Below, one piece after another: positions 40,650 to 52,644 of a DNA stretch of 64,000 nt. The notes under the pieces are model-generated. The model was given only the letters and a program-made list of their open reading frames with translations. It had not been told where the DNA came from and searched no databases. The position numbers were made by a program, and so were the translations under genes. The DNA lies in NCBI RefSeq assembly GCF_004010195.1, contig NC_057719.1, forward strand, positions 3,331,470 to 3,395,469, given 5' to 3'. This DNA comes from Chiloscyllium plagiosum. Its lineage: Eukaryota. Position 1 is the first letter of the stretch; the number at the start of each line of letters is the position of its first letter.

Positions 40650-41830
40650 AGAGTGGTGGATGTTGTCTGTATGGACATCAGCAAGGAGTTTGACAAGGTT
40701 TCATGTGGCTGACTGGTTAGCAAGGTTAGATCACATGGAATACAGGGAGAACTAGCCAATTAGGTACAAAGTTGGTTTAATGATAGAAGACAGAGGGTGG
40801 TGAGGGTGGGTTGTTTCTCAGACTGGAGTCCTGTGACCAGCAGTGTGCAGCAAGGATCTGGGTCCATTACTTTCCATCTTATATAAATGTTTTGCACGTG
40901 ATCATATGGTATGGTGAGTAAGTTTGCAGATGACACCAATATTGGAGGTGCAGTGGACACCAGGCAGGTTACCTCAGATTACAACAGGACCTTGATCAGG
41001 TGGGCCAATGGGCAGGAGTAGCAGATGGAGTTTAATTTAGATAAAGGTACGGTGGGTTTTGGTAAGGGAAACCAAGGCAGAACTGATGAACTTAATGGTA
41101 AGGCTCCTGGGGAGTGCTGCTGAACAAAGAGACCTTGGAGTGCAGGTTCATAGTTCCTTGAAAGTGGAGTCGCAGGTGGATAGGTTGGTGCAGAAGGTTT
41201 TGGTACGCATGCCTTCATTGATCAGTGCGTTGAGTATCGGAGTTGAGAGGTCATGTTGCAGCTGTACATTAGTTAGGCCACTTTCAGAATACTCTGTTTA
41301 ATTCTGGTCTCTCTGCTATAAGGAAGATGTTGCAAATTTGAAAGCATTTGTAAAAGATTTACAAGGATGTTGCTGGGACTGGAGGGTTTGAGTTATATGA
41401 AGAGACTGGATAGAATGGGGCTATTTTCCCTGGAATATCAGAGGCTGAGGAGTGACACTATGGCATTTTATAAAATCATGAGGGACATAGACAGGGTCAA
41501 AGCCAAGATATTGTTTTACAGAGTAGGGGCATTGAAAACTAGAGGGCACAGGCTTAAGGTGAGAGTGAAAAGATTTAAAAGAGACCTAAGGGGCATTCCA
41601 TTCACCCACAGGTTGGTGCATGTATGGAGTGAGCTGCCGAGGAAGTGGTGGAGGCTGGTCCTATTACAACATTTAAAAGGCATCTGGTTGTGTATATGAA
41701 TAGGAAAGGTTTAGAGGGATATGGGTCAAATGCTGGTAAATGTGACTAGATCAGTTTAGGGTATCTGATCATTATGGGCGAATTGGAACAAAGGGTATAT
41801 TCTGAGCTGTGTAACTCTATGACTCTATGG
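40650..41830 (+). mobile_element. CR1 LINE 3' part directly upstream of the receptor promoter region
   Basis: SKFADDT, QRDLGVQVHSSLKV, TRGHRLKV, (CTATGA)n tail. Confidence 0.85.
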
Positions 41831-42399
41831 CCCTATGATTCTACATGGTGAAAGTGCTGCCCCTGTGCTGTTGCAGTCAGTTCCTGTGATCATGAAGGGG
41901 CTATGAGACATTAGGGCAAAACAGTGGCTCAGTGGTTAGCACTGCTGCTTCATAGCACCAAGGACTTGGGTTACACCACGTTCCTCCCACAGCCCAAAGA
42001 TAAGCAGGTTAGAGAGGACTGGTCATGCTAAATTGCCCTTAGTGTCCAGGGATATGCAGGTGAGGCAGGTTAGCCATGGGACATGCAGGGTTACAGGGAT
42101 GGTGTGGGTCTGGGTGGGTTGTTGTTTGGAGAGTCAGTGTCGACTTAATAGGCCGAATGGCCTGCTCCCACACTATAGGGAATCTATAATTCCAAGTCAG
42201 AATATTCTGTAATGGTTGGAAATGATGTTGTTCCTGTGCCCTTTGGCAGCGTTTATTAGAGAGGTATTGTCCCATTTCACATCTGCGCCGTCTCTAGCCT
42301 GAGGGCTGGATGATGCCGCTGACAGTCACTTCCTTTTTTCACTGAAGGGGAAGTGCTTTGTACAAACTCCGCACAAAACAACAGCTCGTGAAGAGCCAG

Positions 42400-42547
42400 C
42401 AGTGAAAGTGTGTGGAGCTACAGGAGAGATTCCTGTTTCAGCAGCCTCTCTCCCCCCCGGGGAAGACAGCACTCCCTCTCAGTCTCCTCACCTCTGGCTG
42501 GCCTCAGCAGCTCTTTCACAGCCTCTGGAGTCTCTCACTCGGTAAGT
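42400..42547 (+). other. Probable non-coding exon 1 of the receptor with splice donor CG|GTAAGT (intron 42542-44334); start approximate
   Basis: Consensus donor GTAAGT at 42542 in non-repeat DNA, conserved in the duplicate at 19576; no transcript evidence. Confidence 0.6.
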
Positions 42548-44303
42548 GTCCGCTCATCTCTCTCTGATTGCTGTCCATTGTCCTGGCTTCCACTTCCATG
42601 GGACCCCTCAGCCAGATTCCCAACACCGGATCCAATGGCACAAGATCCTGTATGTCGTAAATTCGGGGAGCATCAAGGATGTTGCCAGGGTTGGAGGCTT
42701 TGAACTATAGGGAAAGGCTGAGTAGGCTGAGACTGTTTTCACTGGAGTGTTGGAGGCTGAGGGGTGACCTCACAGAAGTTTACAAAATAATGAGGGGCAT
42801 GGATAGGATAAATCGGCAAAGTCTCTTCCTTGAGGTGGGGGAGTCCAGAACTAAAGGGCACAGTTTTAGGATGAGAGGGGAAAGCTATAAAAGAGACTGA
42901 AGGGGCAATGTTTTCACACAGAGAGCGTGTCTGGAATGAGCTGCCAGAGGAAATGGTGGAGACTGGAACAATTACAACATTTAAAAGGCATCTGGGGGGG
43001 TATATGAATAGGAAGGGTTTAGACGGTTATGGGCTAAATACTGGAATATGGGACTAGGTTATTGAGAATATTTGGTCGGCATGCAGAAAATGGACTGAAA
43101 GGTCTGTTTCCGTGCTGTTTATTTCGATGACTCTGTAAGTTGGTGAATGTGGTAGTTCAGCCCAGACAGGGTGAGGAAGACAGAGACTAACTGAAGAAGT
43201 TGGGACTAAGTACTGATTGAGTAACAGCCGCTGGGCCTGGACTGACATTGTCCACAATGAGCTGGGGACGTTCTGCAGATGTGGAGACTATTGGGGAAGG
43301 CAGGGCCGAGGGAAATCCCATTGGTTGGCTGTTGTTCTCAGTTCGGAATCAGGTTATTTCAGAGAAGGAGATTTTCTATAATCAGCAGGAGGTTTCCTTG
43401 CACATGTTTTGAACATTGTTTTTGAGTGATTTATATGCTTTGTGAATTCTTAAACCAATTTGTAAGGTCTGACTTAACTCGATCTGCTAACGTATAGCTT
43501 ATAATTTACTGTCAACTGGAATCTGCCTGTGAAGTCATGCTTAACTGGGAGTGATGGGTTTCAAATGTAGGGGTTATCAGGCAAAATCTTCTCTATGTTT
43601 GACTGTTGCAGAATAAGTTTATTTTCAATTCATTCAGGGGACGTGGATGTCACTTGCTGGGTCAGCATTTATTGTTTATTCCTAATTATCCAGAGGCCAT
43701 TTAAGATTCAACCACATTGCAGTGTGTCTGGAGTTACATGCAGGCCAGACCAGGTCAGGATAGCAGATTTTCCTCCCTCAAAGCCATTGGCGACTCCAGT
43801 GGGTTTTTCCAAAAATCATTGATGGATTCAGGGTCATCTTCAGAGTTGGTTGGGATCAATTCCAGGTCTGAGTGACTATCTCCCTGCTGCACATTCTCCC
43901 TGTGTCTGTGATATTTTCCTCTGGGTGCTCTGGTTTCCTCCCACAGTCTGATAATGTTCAGGTTAAGGGGATTGGCCATGTTAAATTGCACACTGTGTCC
44001 AGGGATGTGCAGCTCAGTTGGGTTAGCTTTGGGAAATGCAGGGTTACAGTAGGGGGGGTGAGTCTGGGTGCGACACTCGTCAGAGAGTCAGCATGGGCTT
44101 GTTGGGTGGAATGGCCAGGTTCCACATTGTAGGGATTGTACGGAGCTCTTCATTCCAGATGTTATTAAATTATGACTTCACCGTTTGCCATGGTGAGATT
44201 AAAATCCGTGTTCCCAGAATATTGGCCAGAGTTTCTGGACATTGAGGGGAAGAACAATGTTACTTCATTTTGTTTGTAAATTACTGAGATTTCTTGTCAG
44301 AAA

Positions 44304-44334
44304 GGCTAACTGGTCTCTGTCTCTTTTCTCACAG
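44304..44334 (+). promoter_or_regulatory. Branch point, polypyrimidine tract and splice acceptor of the coding exon
   Basis: GGCTAAC...TCTCTGTCTCTTTTCTCACAG 11 nt before the ATG; same sequence at 20698-20728 in the duplicate. Confidence 0.75.
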
Positions 44335-44345
44335 ACAGTGCCCCA

Positions 44346-45371
44346 ATGAATGTCCACACAGCTCCCAACCAGTCCCTGGTATCGGCTCCTAATCTCAGCG
44401 CAGTCAACAGTTCCGATGGCTCACTCGCTTGCCCCGAAGGTAATTTCTGGGAGTGGCTGTACACCTTTCAGCCGATTTACATCATGGTGGTGTGTGTCAC
44501 TGGCGTTGTGGGGAACAGCTTTGTCCTGATGGTCCTGTGTTTACAGAAAGGACGTTGCACGGTGCCAGAGCTCTACCTGGGGAATCTGGCTGGGGCTGAC
44601 CTGCTCCTGTTGGCTGGCCTCCCCTTCTGGGCCGTTAACATTGCCCTACACTATGAATGGCCTTTTGGAGATTTCCTGTGCCGTTACGTCAACTCGGTGA
44701 TTTATATGAATTTGTACAGCAGTGTCTACTTCCTGGTGATGGTCAGCATTGACCGCTACCTGGCTCTGGTGAAAGTCCTTCATTACGGCAGAATGCGGAC
44801 ACTCTCATGTGTCAAGATCAACTGCTTCATCATCTGGATGTTCAGCTTGCTGATGAGTAGTCCCATCATCATATTCCGAAGAGTGATCTATGTGGAAGAT
44901 TTGAACATCTCTGCCTGCTTACTTGATTACCCCAATAAGTATTGGGTTCTGAACGTGGACATTCTGATGGTTGCCATTGGTTTCCTGATCCCTGCGTTTA
45001 TCCTCAGTTTCTGCACATTTCAGATCCTGAAGGTCCTGAGGAACGACCAAATGCAGCGCTTCAAGCAAGTGCACAAGGAAAGCAAGGCAGCCATCTTGGT
45101 GCTCGCTGTCCTTTTGGTCTTTGTCATTTGCTGGCTGCCCTTTCAGCTGCTGCAGTTCCTCAGGATCTTTCTGTTTTCAAACATCCTGCAGGGCTGCTCA
45201 TTAGAAAGAGCGATTAGTAACAGCAATCAGATTGCGAGCTTCCTGGCCTGCACCAACAGCTGCATTAACCCCGTGCTCTATGTCCTTGTGGGAAAGCAGT
45301 TCAGGAAGAAAGCACGGGAGGTGTGGGTCCGAGCTGTGGTCAGGAAGAGAGCTGAAACACAATCTCAGTGA
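44346..45371 (+). CDS. bdkrb2: Bradykinin receptor, B2-like (class A GPCR), 341 aa, single coding exon
   Basis: Seven hydrophobic segments with GN, LAxAD, DRY, W (TM4), P (TM5), CWLP and NPVLY motifs; N-terminal NxS sites. Segments CTVPELYLGNLAGADL, GLPFWA, MNLYSS, SIDRYLALVK, GRMR, VGKQFRKKA closely resemble vertebrate B2 receptor as I recall it. B2 versus B1 orthology needs a tree. Confidence 0.88.
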   Translation: MNVHTAPNQSLVSAPNLSAVNSSDGSLACPEGNFWEWLYTFQPIYIMVVCVTGVVGNSFVLMVLCLQKGRCTVPELYLGNLAGADLLLLAGLPFWAVNIALHYEWPFGDFLCRYVNSVIYMNLYSSVYFLVMVSIDRYLALVKVLHYGRMRTLSCVKINCFIIWMFSLLMSSPIIIFRRVIYVEDLNISACLLDYPNKYWVLNVDILMVAIGFLIPAFILSFCTFQILKVLRNDQMQRFKQVHKESKAAILVLAVLLVFVICWLPFQLLQFLRIFLFSNILQGCSLERAISNSNQIASFLACTNSCINPVLYVLVGKQFRKKAREVWVRAVVRKRAETQSQ

Positions 45372-46315
45372 CTCACTGAAGACCCACGACACACTGCCCA
45401 CACACAAGGAGCTGATTCGTTTGCAGATTCTCTTGTGAATGAGATAGATGGCACTAACACCTCCAACCTGACAATATTTCTTGTGATACGTGGTGTTAGT
45501 CTAGTTAGCAGCTGGCATGATGGGAAAATGAATCCAATCTCTGTATAATGTCAAGGAATGTAATGAAGTGTCCAGATCCCAAGCCTGTTTGTAGGCATCT
45601 GCTTTCACCCAGGGAATGGGAGGGAGATGTCGTCATACCATTTAGCTCCTATCGGTTGGGATGAAAACTCAGCAATGTCTTTGTGTGTCCATATGATGAC
45701 TCCTGGTCCTTAGATCCCCTGGTACTGTGTATCAAAAGAGGATAAATTTGAAGATGCTTGTCTCACCACCAGAACACTTTACTGGCCTGCACCTCTTTGC
45801 TGCCTTGGCTGACATGTGGATTCTGGTTGAGGGATGATGGGATATGGAGCAAAGGTAGATAGATGCAGTTAGGGCATGGAACCGCCATTACCATATTGAA
45901 CGATGGAACTGACTTGAGGGGCTGAATGACCTCCTCCTGATTTAAAGATTCATTCGGTTGGGTTGCTTATTCATGTCTTGAAAGTTAATTGGATGATGAT
46001 GATAAAAAGTGATCCACCATCTGGAAGGATTGCCAGCATTTTTCTGGAATCAATGAATTGAATTTGGATGTTGCCATTGGATTACATAACATTGGATTGT
46101 TATGTAATCCAATGGCAACAACCCTTTGGAACTGAGATGAGGAGGAATTTCTTCAGCCAGAGGGTGGTGAACCTGTGGAACTCATTGCCATTGAGGGCTT
46201 TGGAGATCAAGTCATTGAGTGTATTTAAGACAGAGACAGATATGTTCTCGATTAGTGAGGGGATCAAGGGTTCTGGGGAACATGGAGAGAATAGGGCTGA
46301 GAAACATGTAAGACT

Positions 46316-47055
46316 TTTGGATGTAGGTTTGCTCACTGAGCTGCAAGGTTCATTTCCAGACGTTTCGTTACCCTACTAGGTAACATTTTCAGTGGGTCTC
46401 ATGTGAAGCAATGCTGAAAATTCCTGCTTTCTATTCATATGTTTGGGTTTCTTTTGGTTGGGTGATGTCATTTCCTGTGGTGATGTTATTTCCTGTGGTG
46501 AAGTCACTTCCTGTTCCTTTTCTCAGGGGGTGGTAGATGGGGTCATTTACAAAATACCGTGCAAGGACTGTAACAAACACTACCTTGGACAAACAAGCAG
46601 AAAACGAGCCACCAGGATACAGTAACACCAACTAGCCACAAAAACACATGACCCTCTCTCACTAGTATCCTCACATACGGATGAGGAAGGACACCACATC
46701 CATCCTAGGTCAAGCCAAAACAAAGACATGATCGAGAATTCCAAGTAGCATGGCATTCCAACCCGGAACTCTATCAACAAACACATTGAGTTAGACCCCA
46801 TCTACCACCACCTGAGAAAAGGAACAGGAAGTGACTTCACCACAGGAAATAACATCACCACAGGAAATGACATCACCAACCCAAAGGAGCCCAAACATAT
46901 AAAGAGAAAGCAGGAATTTTCACCAATGCTTCACATGAGACCCACTGAAGATGTTACCTAGTAAGGTAATGAAACGTCTGGAAATGAACCTTGCAGCTCA
47001 GCGAGCAAACCTACATCCAAAACCTCAACCTGAGCTACAAATCTTCGCAAAACTC
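46316..47055 (+). mobile_element. 5'-truncated Penelope-like element with inverted pseudo-LTR and 12-bp TSD
   Basis: TSD ACATGTAAGACT at 46304-46315 and 47056-47067; VIYKIPCKDCNKHYLGQT GIY-YIG; 46316-46543 is the reverse complement of about 46795-47020. Confidence 0.88.
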
Positions 47056-47618
47056 ACATGTAAGACTATAAAGTTAAAAATGAAACTACAGCAGATTATA
47101 GTCCAACAGTTTTAATTGGAAGCACTAGCTTTCGGAGCACTGCTCCTTCATCAGCTTAAACTGCAAAGTGAGACTCTAAGAAATAGGAGTAGAATTAGGC
47201 CATTCAGCCCATTGAATCTGCTCCCTGATTCGATCATGGAGGAAATGACATCACCAACCCAAAGGAGCCCAAACATATAAAGAGAAAGCAAGAATTTTCA
47301 CCAATGCTTCACATGAGACCCACTAACGATGTTACCTAGTAGGGTAATGAAACATCTGGAAATGAACCTTGCAGCTCAGCGAGCAAACCTACATCCAAAA
47401 CCTCAACCTGAGCTATAAATCTTCTCAAAACTCACATGTAAGACTATAAAGTTAAAAATGAAACTACAGCAGATTATAGTCCAACAGGTTTAATTGGAAG
47501 CACTAGCTTTCGGAGCACTGCTCCTTCATCAGCTTAAACTGCAAAGTGAGATTCTAAGAAATAGGAGTAGAATTAGGCCATTCAGCCCATTGAATCTGCT
47601 CCCTGATTCGATCATGGC
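46863..47618 (+). repeat. Tandem duplication of about 378 bp
   Basis: GGAAATGACATCACCAACCC...GATTCGATCATGG at 46863-47239 and 47241-47618 with a few substitutions. Confidence 0.9.
46942..46981 (+). ncRNA. Minimal hammerhead ribozyme motif, family C
   Basis: CCA-CTGAAGA-T-GTTACC-tagtaa-GGTAAT-GAAA-CG-TC-TGG; antisense twin at 46356-46396. Confidence 0.72.
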
Positions 47619-48539
47619 TGATATGTCTGGCCAACTATACCTTCTTCCATCACTGCTGGCCATGTGGTTACAAAGATGTCCATTTGTTATGTAATCCAAT
47701 GGCAACATCCAAATTCAATTCATTGATTCCAGAAAAATGCTGGCAATCCTTCCAGATGGTGGATCACTTTTTATCATCATCATCCAATTAACTTTCAAGA
47801 CATGAATAAGCAACCCAACCGAATGAATCTTTAAATCAGGAGGAGGTCATTCAGCCCCTCAAGTCAGTTCCATCGTTCAATATGGTAATGGCGGTTCCAT
47901 GCCCTAACTGCATCTATCTACCTTTGCTCCATATCCCATAATCCCTCAACCAGAATCCATACACCGGCTGCTCTCTCATGGACTCTAGCCACACATATCA
48001 TCCCCTTCCCCAGCCAACATATACTGTACCCTTGTATGAAAGCTGAATGGACAGGTGCAGTAAGGTCCCACACTGGGAAATCTTCATCGGAACTGAAACC
48101 CCATGCTCCAACAGTACCTCCTCTTCTTCATTTAGTTCCTCTCTCTCTGTAAACCTCCACTGGAGGAAGATCAGTTCTTCAAAGGAAGATCTCTCAGGGT
48201 GAGCTTCGCTGGACCAAGAAGCTGCCTTGAATGTGAACTGTGTGGGAATGCCAGGTCTGAATGAGTTAACATACCTAAAGACATCAGTGTGTCCCCTAAC
48301 AAGTCCTTGGCCAAGCATGCTGTATGAAGAAATCGGAGTTGCAGTAGTCCAGCCTGAGGGAGGCCACATCACGGTTATTAAAATTGTGAACGAGCAGGTG
48401 GGAGCTAATTTCCAGATAGTGATAATTAACTAAGCTTCACAATGAAGAATATAAATTAAGAATTTCTTTTCGCAAAGGAACTTGTTAAGACACTGAAATA
48501 TCTGCATAGAGATGGGGTCTGGTCACCAAGTCCCCATCA

Positions 48540-50430
48540 ATTATACCCCGACCTTTACGTCTCTGTCATTTATACCGTGACCTTTACATCTCTGATATTT
48601 ATACTGTGACCTCTATGTCTCTATCATTTATACCCCGACCTTTACATCTCTGTCATTTATACCGTGACCTCTACGTCTCTGTCATTTATACCGTGACCTT
48701 TATGTCTCCGTCATTATACCGTGACCTTTACATCTCTGATATTTATACTGTGACCTCTATGTCTCTATCATTTATACCCCGACCTTTACGTCTCTGTCAT
48801 TGATACCATGACCTTTACATCTCTGACATTTATACCGTGACCCTTACGTCTCTGTCATTTCTACCGTGACCTTCACATTTCTATCGTTACTACCATTAAC
48901 TTTACGTCTCTGTCTTTTATGCCCTGACCTTAACATCTCTGTTCATTCCCGTGACCTTTATGTCTCTGTCATTTATACCATGACCCTTACGTCTCTGTCA
49001 TTTGTACCGTGACCTTTACCTCTCGGTCATTCATACCGTGACCTCTATACTCTGTGTTTCCATCATTTATATCCCGACCTTTCCATCTCTGTTATTTAAA
49101 CTGTCACTTTTATGTCTCCGACATTTTAACTGTGACCTTTAGGTCTCTGTCATTTATACCATGGCCTTTAAGCTCTGTCAGTTATACTGTGACTTTTAGG
49201 TTTGCTCGCTGAATTGGAAGGTTCACTTCCAGATGTTTCGTCACCATACTAGCTAACATCTTCAGTGGACCTCCAGGCGAAGCACTGTTCATGATTCCTG
49301 CTTTCTATTTATATATTTGGGTTTCTTTGGATTGGTGATGTAATTTCCTGTGGTGATGTCATTTCCTGTGGTGATGTCACTTCCTGTTCTTTTTCTTAGG
49401 GGGTGGTAGATGGGGTCTAACTCAATGTGTTTGTCGCTAGAATTCTGGTTGGAATGCCTTGCTTCTAGGAATTCTCATGTGTGTCTCTGTTTGGCTTCTC
49501 CTGGAATGGATGTGTTGTCCCAGTCGAAGTGGTGTCCTTCCTCATCTGTATGTAAGGATACTAGTGAGAGTGGGTCACGTCGTTTTGTGGCTAATTGATG
49601 TTCGTGTATCCTGGTGGCTAGTTTTCTCCCTGTTGTCCAATGTAGTGTTTGTTACAGTTCTTGCACGGTATTTTGTAAATGACATTAGTTTTGCTTCTTG
49701 TGTGTATAGGGTCTTTCAAGTTCCTTAGCTGCTGTTTCAGTGTGTTGGTGGGTTTGTGCCAAGGGTCAAGTGTGTGATAAGGCACAGGTCCACTTGCTTG
49801 ATGATACTGTCCTTGCCGTTGAAGTTAGTGGTGTTCGGTGTGCCTTACCACACACTTCATCTTTAACAACCTACAGCATCTAATGAACTTGAAAGACCCA
49901 GGTCATTTATACCGTGACCTTTACGTCTCTGCTGTTTATACCATGACCTTTACGTCTCTGTCAGTTATCCCGTGACCTATACGTCTCTGACATTTATACC
50001 GTGACCTTTACATCTCTGTTATTCATACCGTGACCTTTACGTCTCTGTCAGTTATCCCATGACCTATATGTCTCTGACATTTATACCGTGACCTTTACGT
50101 CTCTGACATTTATACCGTTACCTTTACGTCTCTGTCATTCATACCATGACCTTTACGTCTCTGACATTCATACCGTGACCTTTACGTCTCTGTCAGTTAT
50201 CCCGTGACCTATACGTCTCTGACATTTATACCGTGACCTTTACGTTTCTGTCATTCATACCGTGACCTATACGTCTCTGACATTTATCCCGTGACCTATA
50301 CGTCTCTGTCATTCATACCGCGACCTTTGCATCTCTGACATTTATACCGCGACTTTTACCACTCCGTCATTTTAACCCCAACCTTTACATCTTAGTCATT
50401 TATACCATGACCTTTATGTCTTTGACCTTT
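48540..50430 (+). repeat. 29-bp minisatellite split by a Penelope fragment
   Basis: Unit TTTATACCGTGACCTTTACGTCTCTGTCA at 48540-49195 and 49903-50430. Confidence 0.95.
49196..49900 (-). mobile_element. Penelope-like 3' fragment (GIY-YIG + pseudo-LTR), same family as 46316-47055
   Basis: Reverse complement of NVIYKIPCKNCNKHYIGQ; antisense hammerhead 49229-49268. Confidence 0.8.
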
Positions 50431-52644
50431 TTGATTCCCTTTGGCAGTGGGAGGAGTAGCAGGCGGCTTGAATATGAGGAGTTGGAGAACTGAATGAGTG
50501 AGAGGAAAGTGAGATGGGCACCAAAACGATTTGAAGCAGCTGCACAGAGACCAGTATCCCATTCCTAAATGATGTTGTATTTACCTGATTTGGAGGAGCC
50601 CGTGTTGGACTGTGGTGGGCAAAGTCAACCTTTGTTGTAGATTTTATGTTTTATGATGTTATACTCCACAGCCACCTGCTGAAGGAGCAGTGCTCCGAAA
50701 GCTAGTGCTTCCAAATAAACCTGCTGGACCATACCCTGGTGATGTGCGATTTTTAACATTGTACACCTCATTCCAACACCAGCTTCTCCACATGTACAGG
50801 CGCACACATACACTAACACACACACCACAAACACACACAGAATACACACAAACACAGACACACACATACACAGAGAGAGAAACGCAAACAAACAACAAAC
50901 CACCGACAGAGACAGGAGTACACACAGCGACAGAGCACACAGGCAATGTCAGAGCCCACACACTGGAACAAAAGTGCATGCCTGAAGGCAGAGTTCACAC
51001 ACACTGGCAGCATTCACTCCCGGTGGGGTTGGTGGGGGTAGGGGTGGGGGTTGGGGTTGGTGAAGCAAAGTCCGCTTTCGAAGGTAAAGCCACACACGAA
51101 ATCAAGTGCACACACATGGATAAAGTCTACTCACAGAGCCAGACGGCAATCATAGAGGCACAGTCTACATATTGAGGATCAGTCTTACCCATGAAGGCTC
51201 AGTCCATGATCCAACAGCAGCACAGCCAGGTCACTTCACCAAGTCATCCTTCCGCTCACCAGAATGCCATAGTGCACACTGACTGTAGCCAGCCAGCTCA
51301 GAAATTAGTCCTTAACTGAGGAGATTCTCATCTCCTAGTAATTTTGTTCGTCTATTTTTTTGCTTCTATTCCTCCATTCCCATGGTTGTGTGTATGTAGG
51401 TGCAAGTGCAAATGACTTTATTAACATTCCACCACCAGGAAAGACATCCATGTGCCCAATGACAAGCAAAGCCCAGAGCAAGCAATGCCTATGTGGAAAA
51501 GGCGAAGGAGAGGGTAGGGACTAAATCAAAATAGAATCGTAGAGGGAAATAAAACACTCCACCCCCCTGGTGCTCAGCTAGATATTTCTTTTTCCTAACC
51601 CCTCCCCACACTACTGTCAAACTGTGGTAGTGCTTATTCTCCCCCAGCACCCATGTCGTGAGTGCGCAGGTGTAGGGCACAGTGAAGAACAACGCGTGCA
51701 GAAATCTTTATTCATATTTCACCACCAGGAAGAAAGGAAACACCCAAGTGGCCAGTGACAAGCAGAGCCCTTCACAAAAAAGGGCAATGCTGCATGATCA
51801 AAAAAGTGGAGGGAAGGTGTGACGTCCTGTTCCTTTAAGGTTAGGGTGTCCTTGGTGTTTTTCAGAGAGGTTGTAAATGACACAAAGGTTCTGACCAGTT
51901 TGAGTTTGGATGGGTTTTACGGCCAATTTGCTTACAGCAAACAGATACTGCCTCAGGCAGAAGGCTTTCAAGTTTTGAAAGAAACTTGCATAGTGAAAGA
52001 GGAGTGGCCTTTCATTTTGGTTTTAGGTTTAATGTAGCAGTGGCTGCTGGACACAAGCTCAGGCTGAACCCTGTCTCTCTCTGTCTGACTTCAAGCCTGT
52101 CAGACCTTGTTTGATTTTTTCTTTTGTGCCAAGGGGGAGTTTCTGTGGATTGTTGCAGGAATTTTGAAACAGTACAATTAAGTTGGGATAGTCTGTTAGG
52201 TTTTTGGATAGGATACGTTATTCAGTATTCTGTTTTCTGCTCTTTGTGTTTCATTCAGGAATCTTGTAAATAAATGTCATTTTGTTTAAAACTAAATAAT
52301 TTGACCAGCTGATTCTCTCCTGGAATATCCACTGGACACTTGCTTAAATCAAGCAGCAAAGTTAGGATCTGGGCTACCCTCTGGAAATGTTTGGAGGGGT
52401 CGGGCCTAGTCCATAACAGATTGGGGGCTCTTTGTGGGATTTGTTCGATAGTTCCAAATTTGGGATTAGAGTTGCTGGACTGGAAGGCAGCGAATGGTAG
52501 GTGTTAGTGTCTTTTGTTCCGGGTTCGTTTAAACAATGCTGGGGACAGTAATGGCTCTTGCAGTCACCAAGAGTTTTCTGGGGGTGGAAGAAGCGACTTT
52601 GAGGGTTTTACAGAAGGTGGTTAATGCCAAACTGCGAGAATTAG

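Larger units (their letters stand above)
45817..47959. repeat. 275-bp inverted repeat arms (45817-46091 and 47685-47959)
   Basis: Reverse-complement match with one visible mismatch; 23-bp perfect hairpin at 46069-46120. Confidence 0.92.

Noticed and set aside
45369..45548. Stop-codon read-through extension of the receptor
   Set aside because: Context TGA-CTC is not the strong TGA-CTAG signal, and the +1 frameshift gives a more receptor-like tail.
47998..48372. 124-aa minus-strand ORF
   Set aside because: No recognisable protein; another frame holds an RLDYCNS motif suggesting an old L2 LINE scrap.
48540..50430. CRISPR-like 29-bp repeats
   Set aside because: Units are head-to-tail with no unique spacers, no cas genes, vertebrate context.
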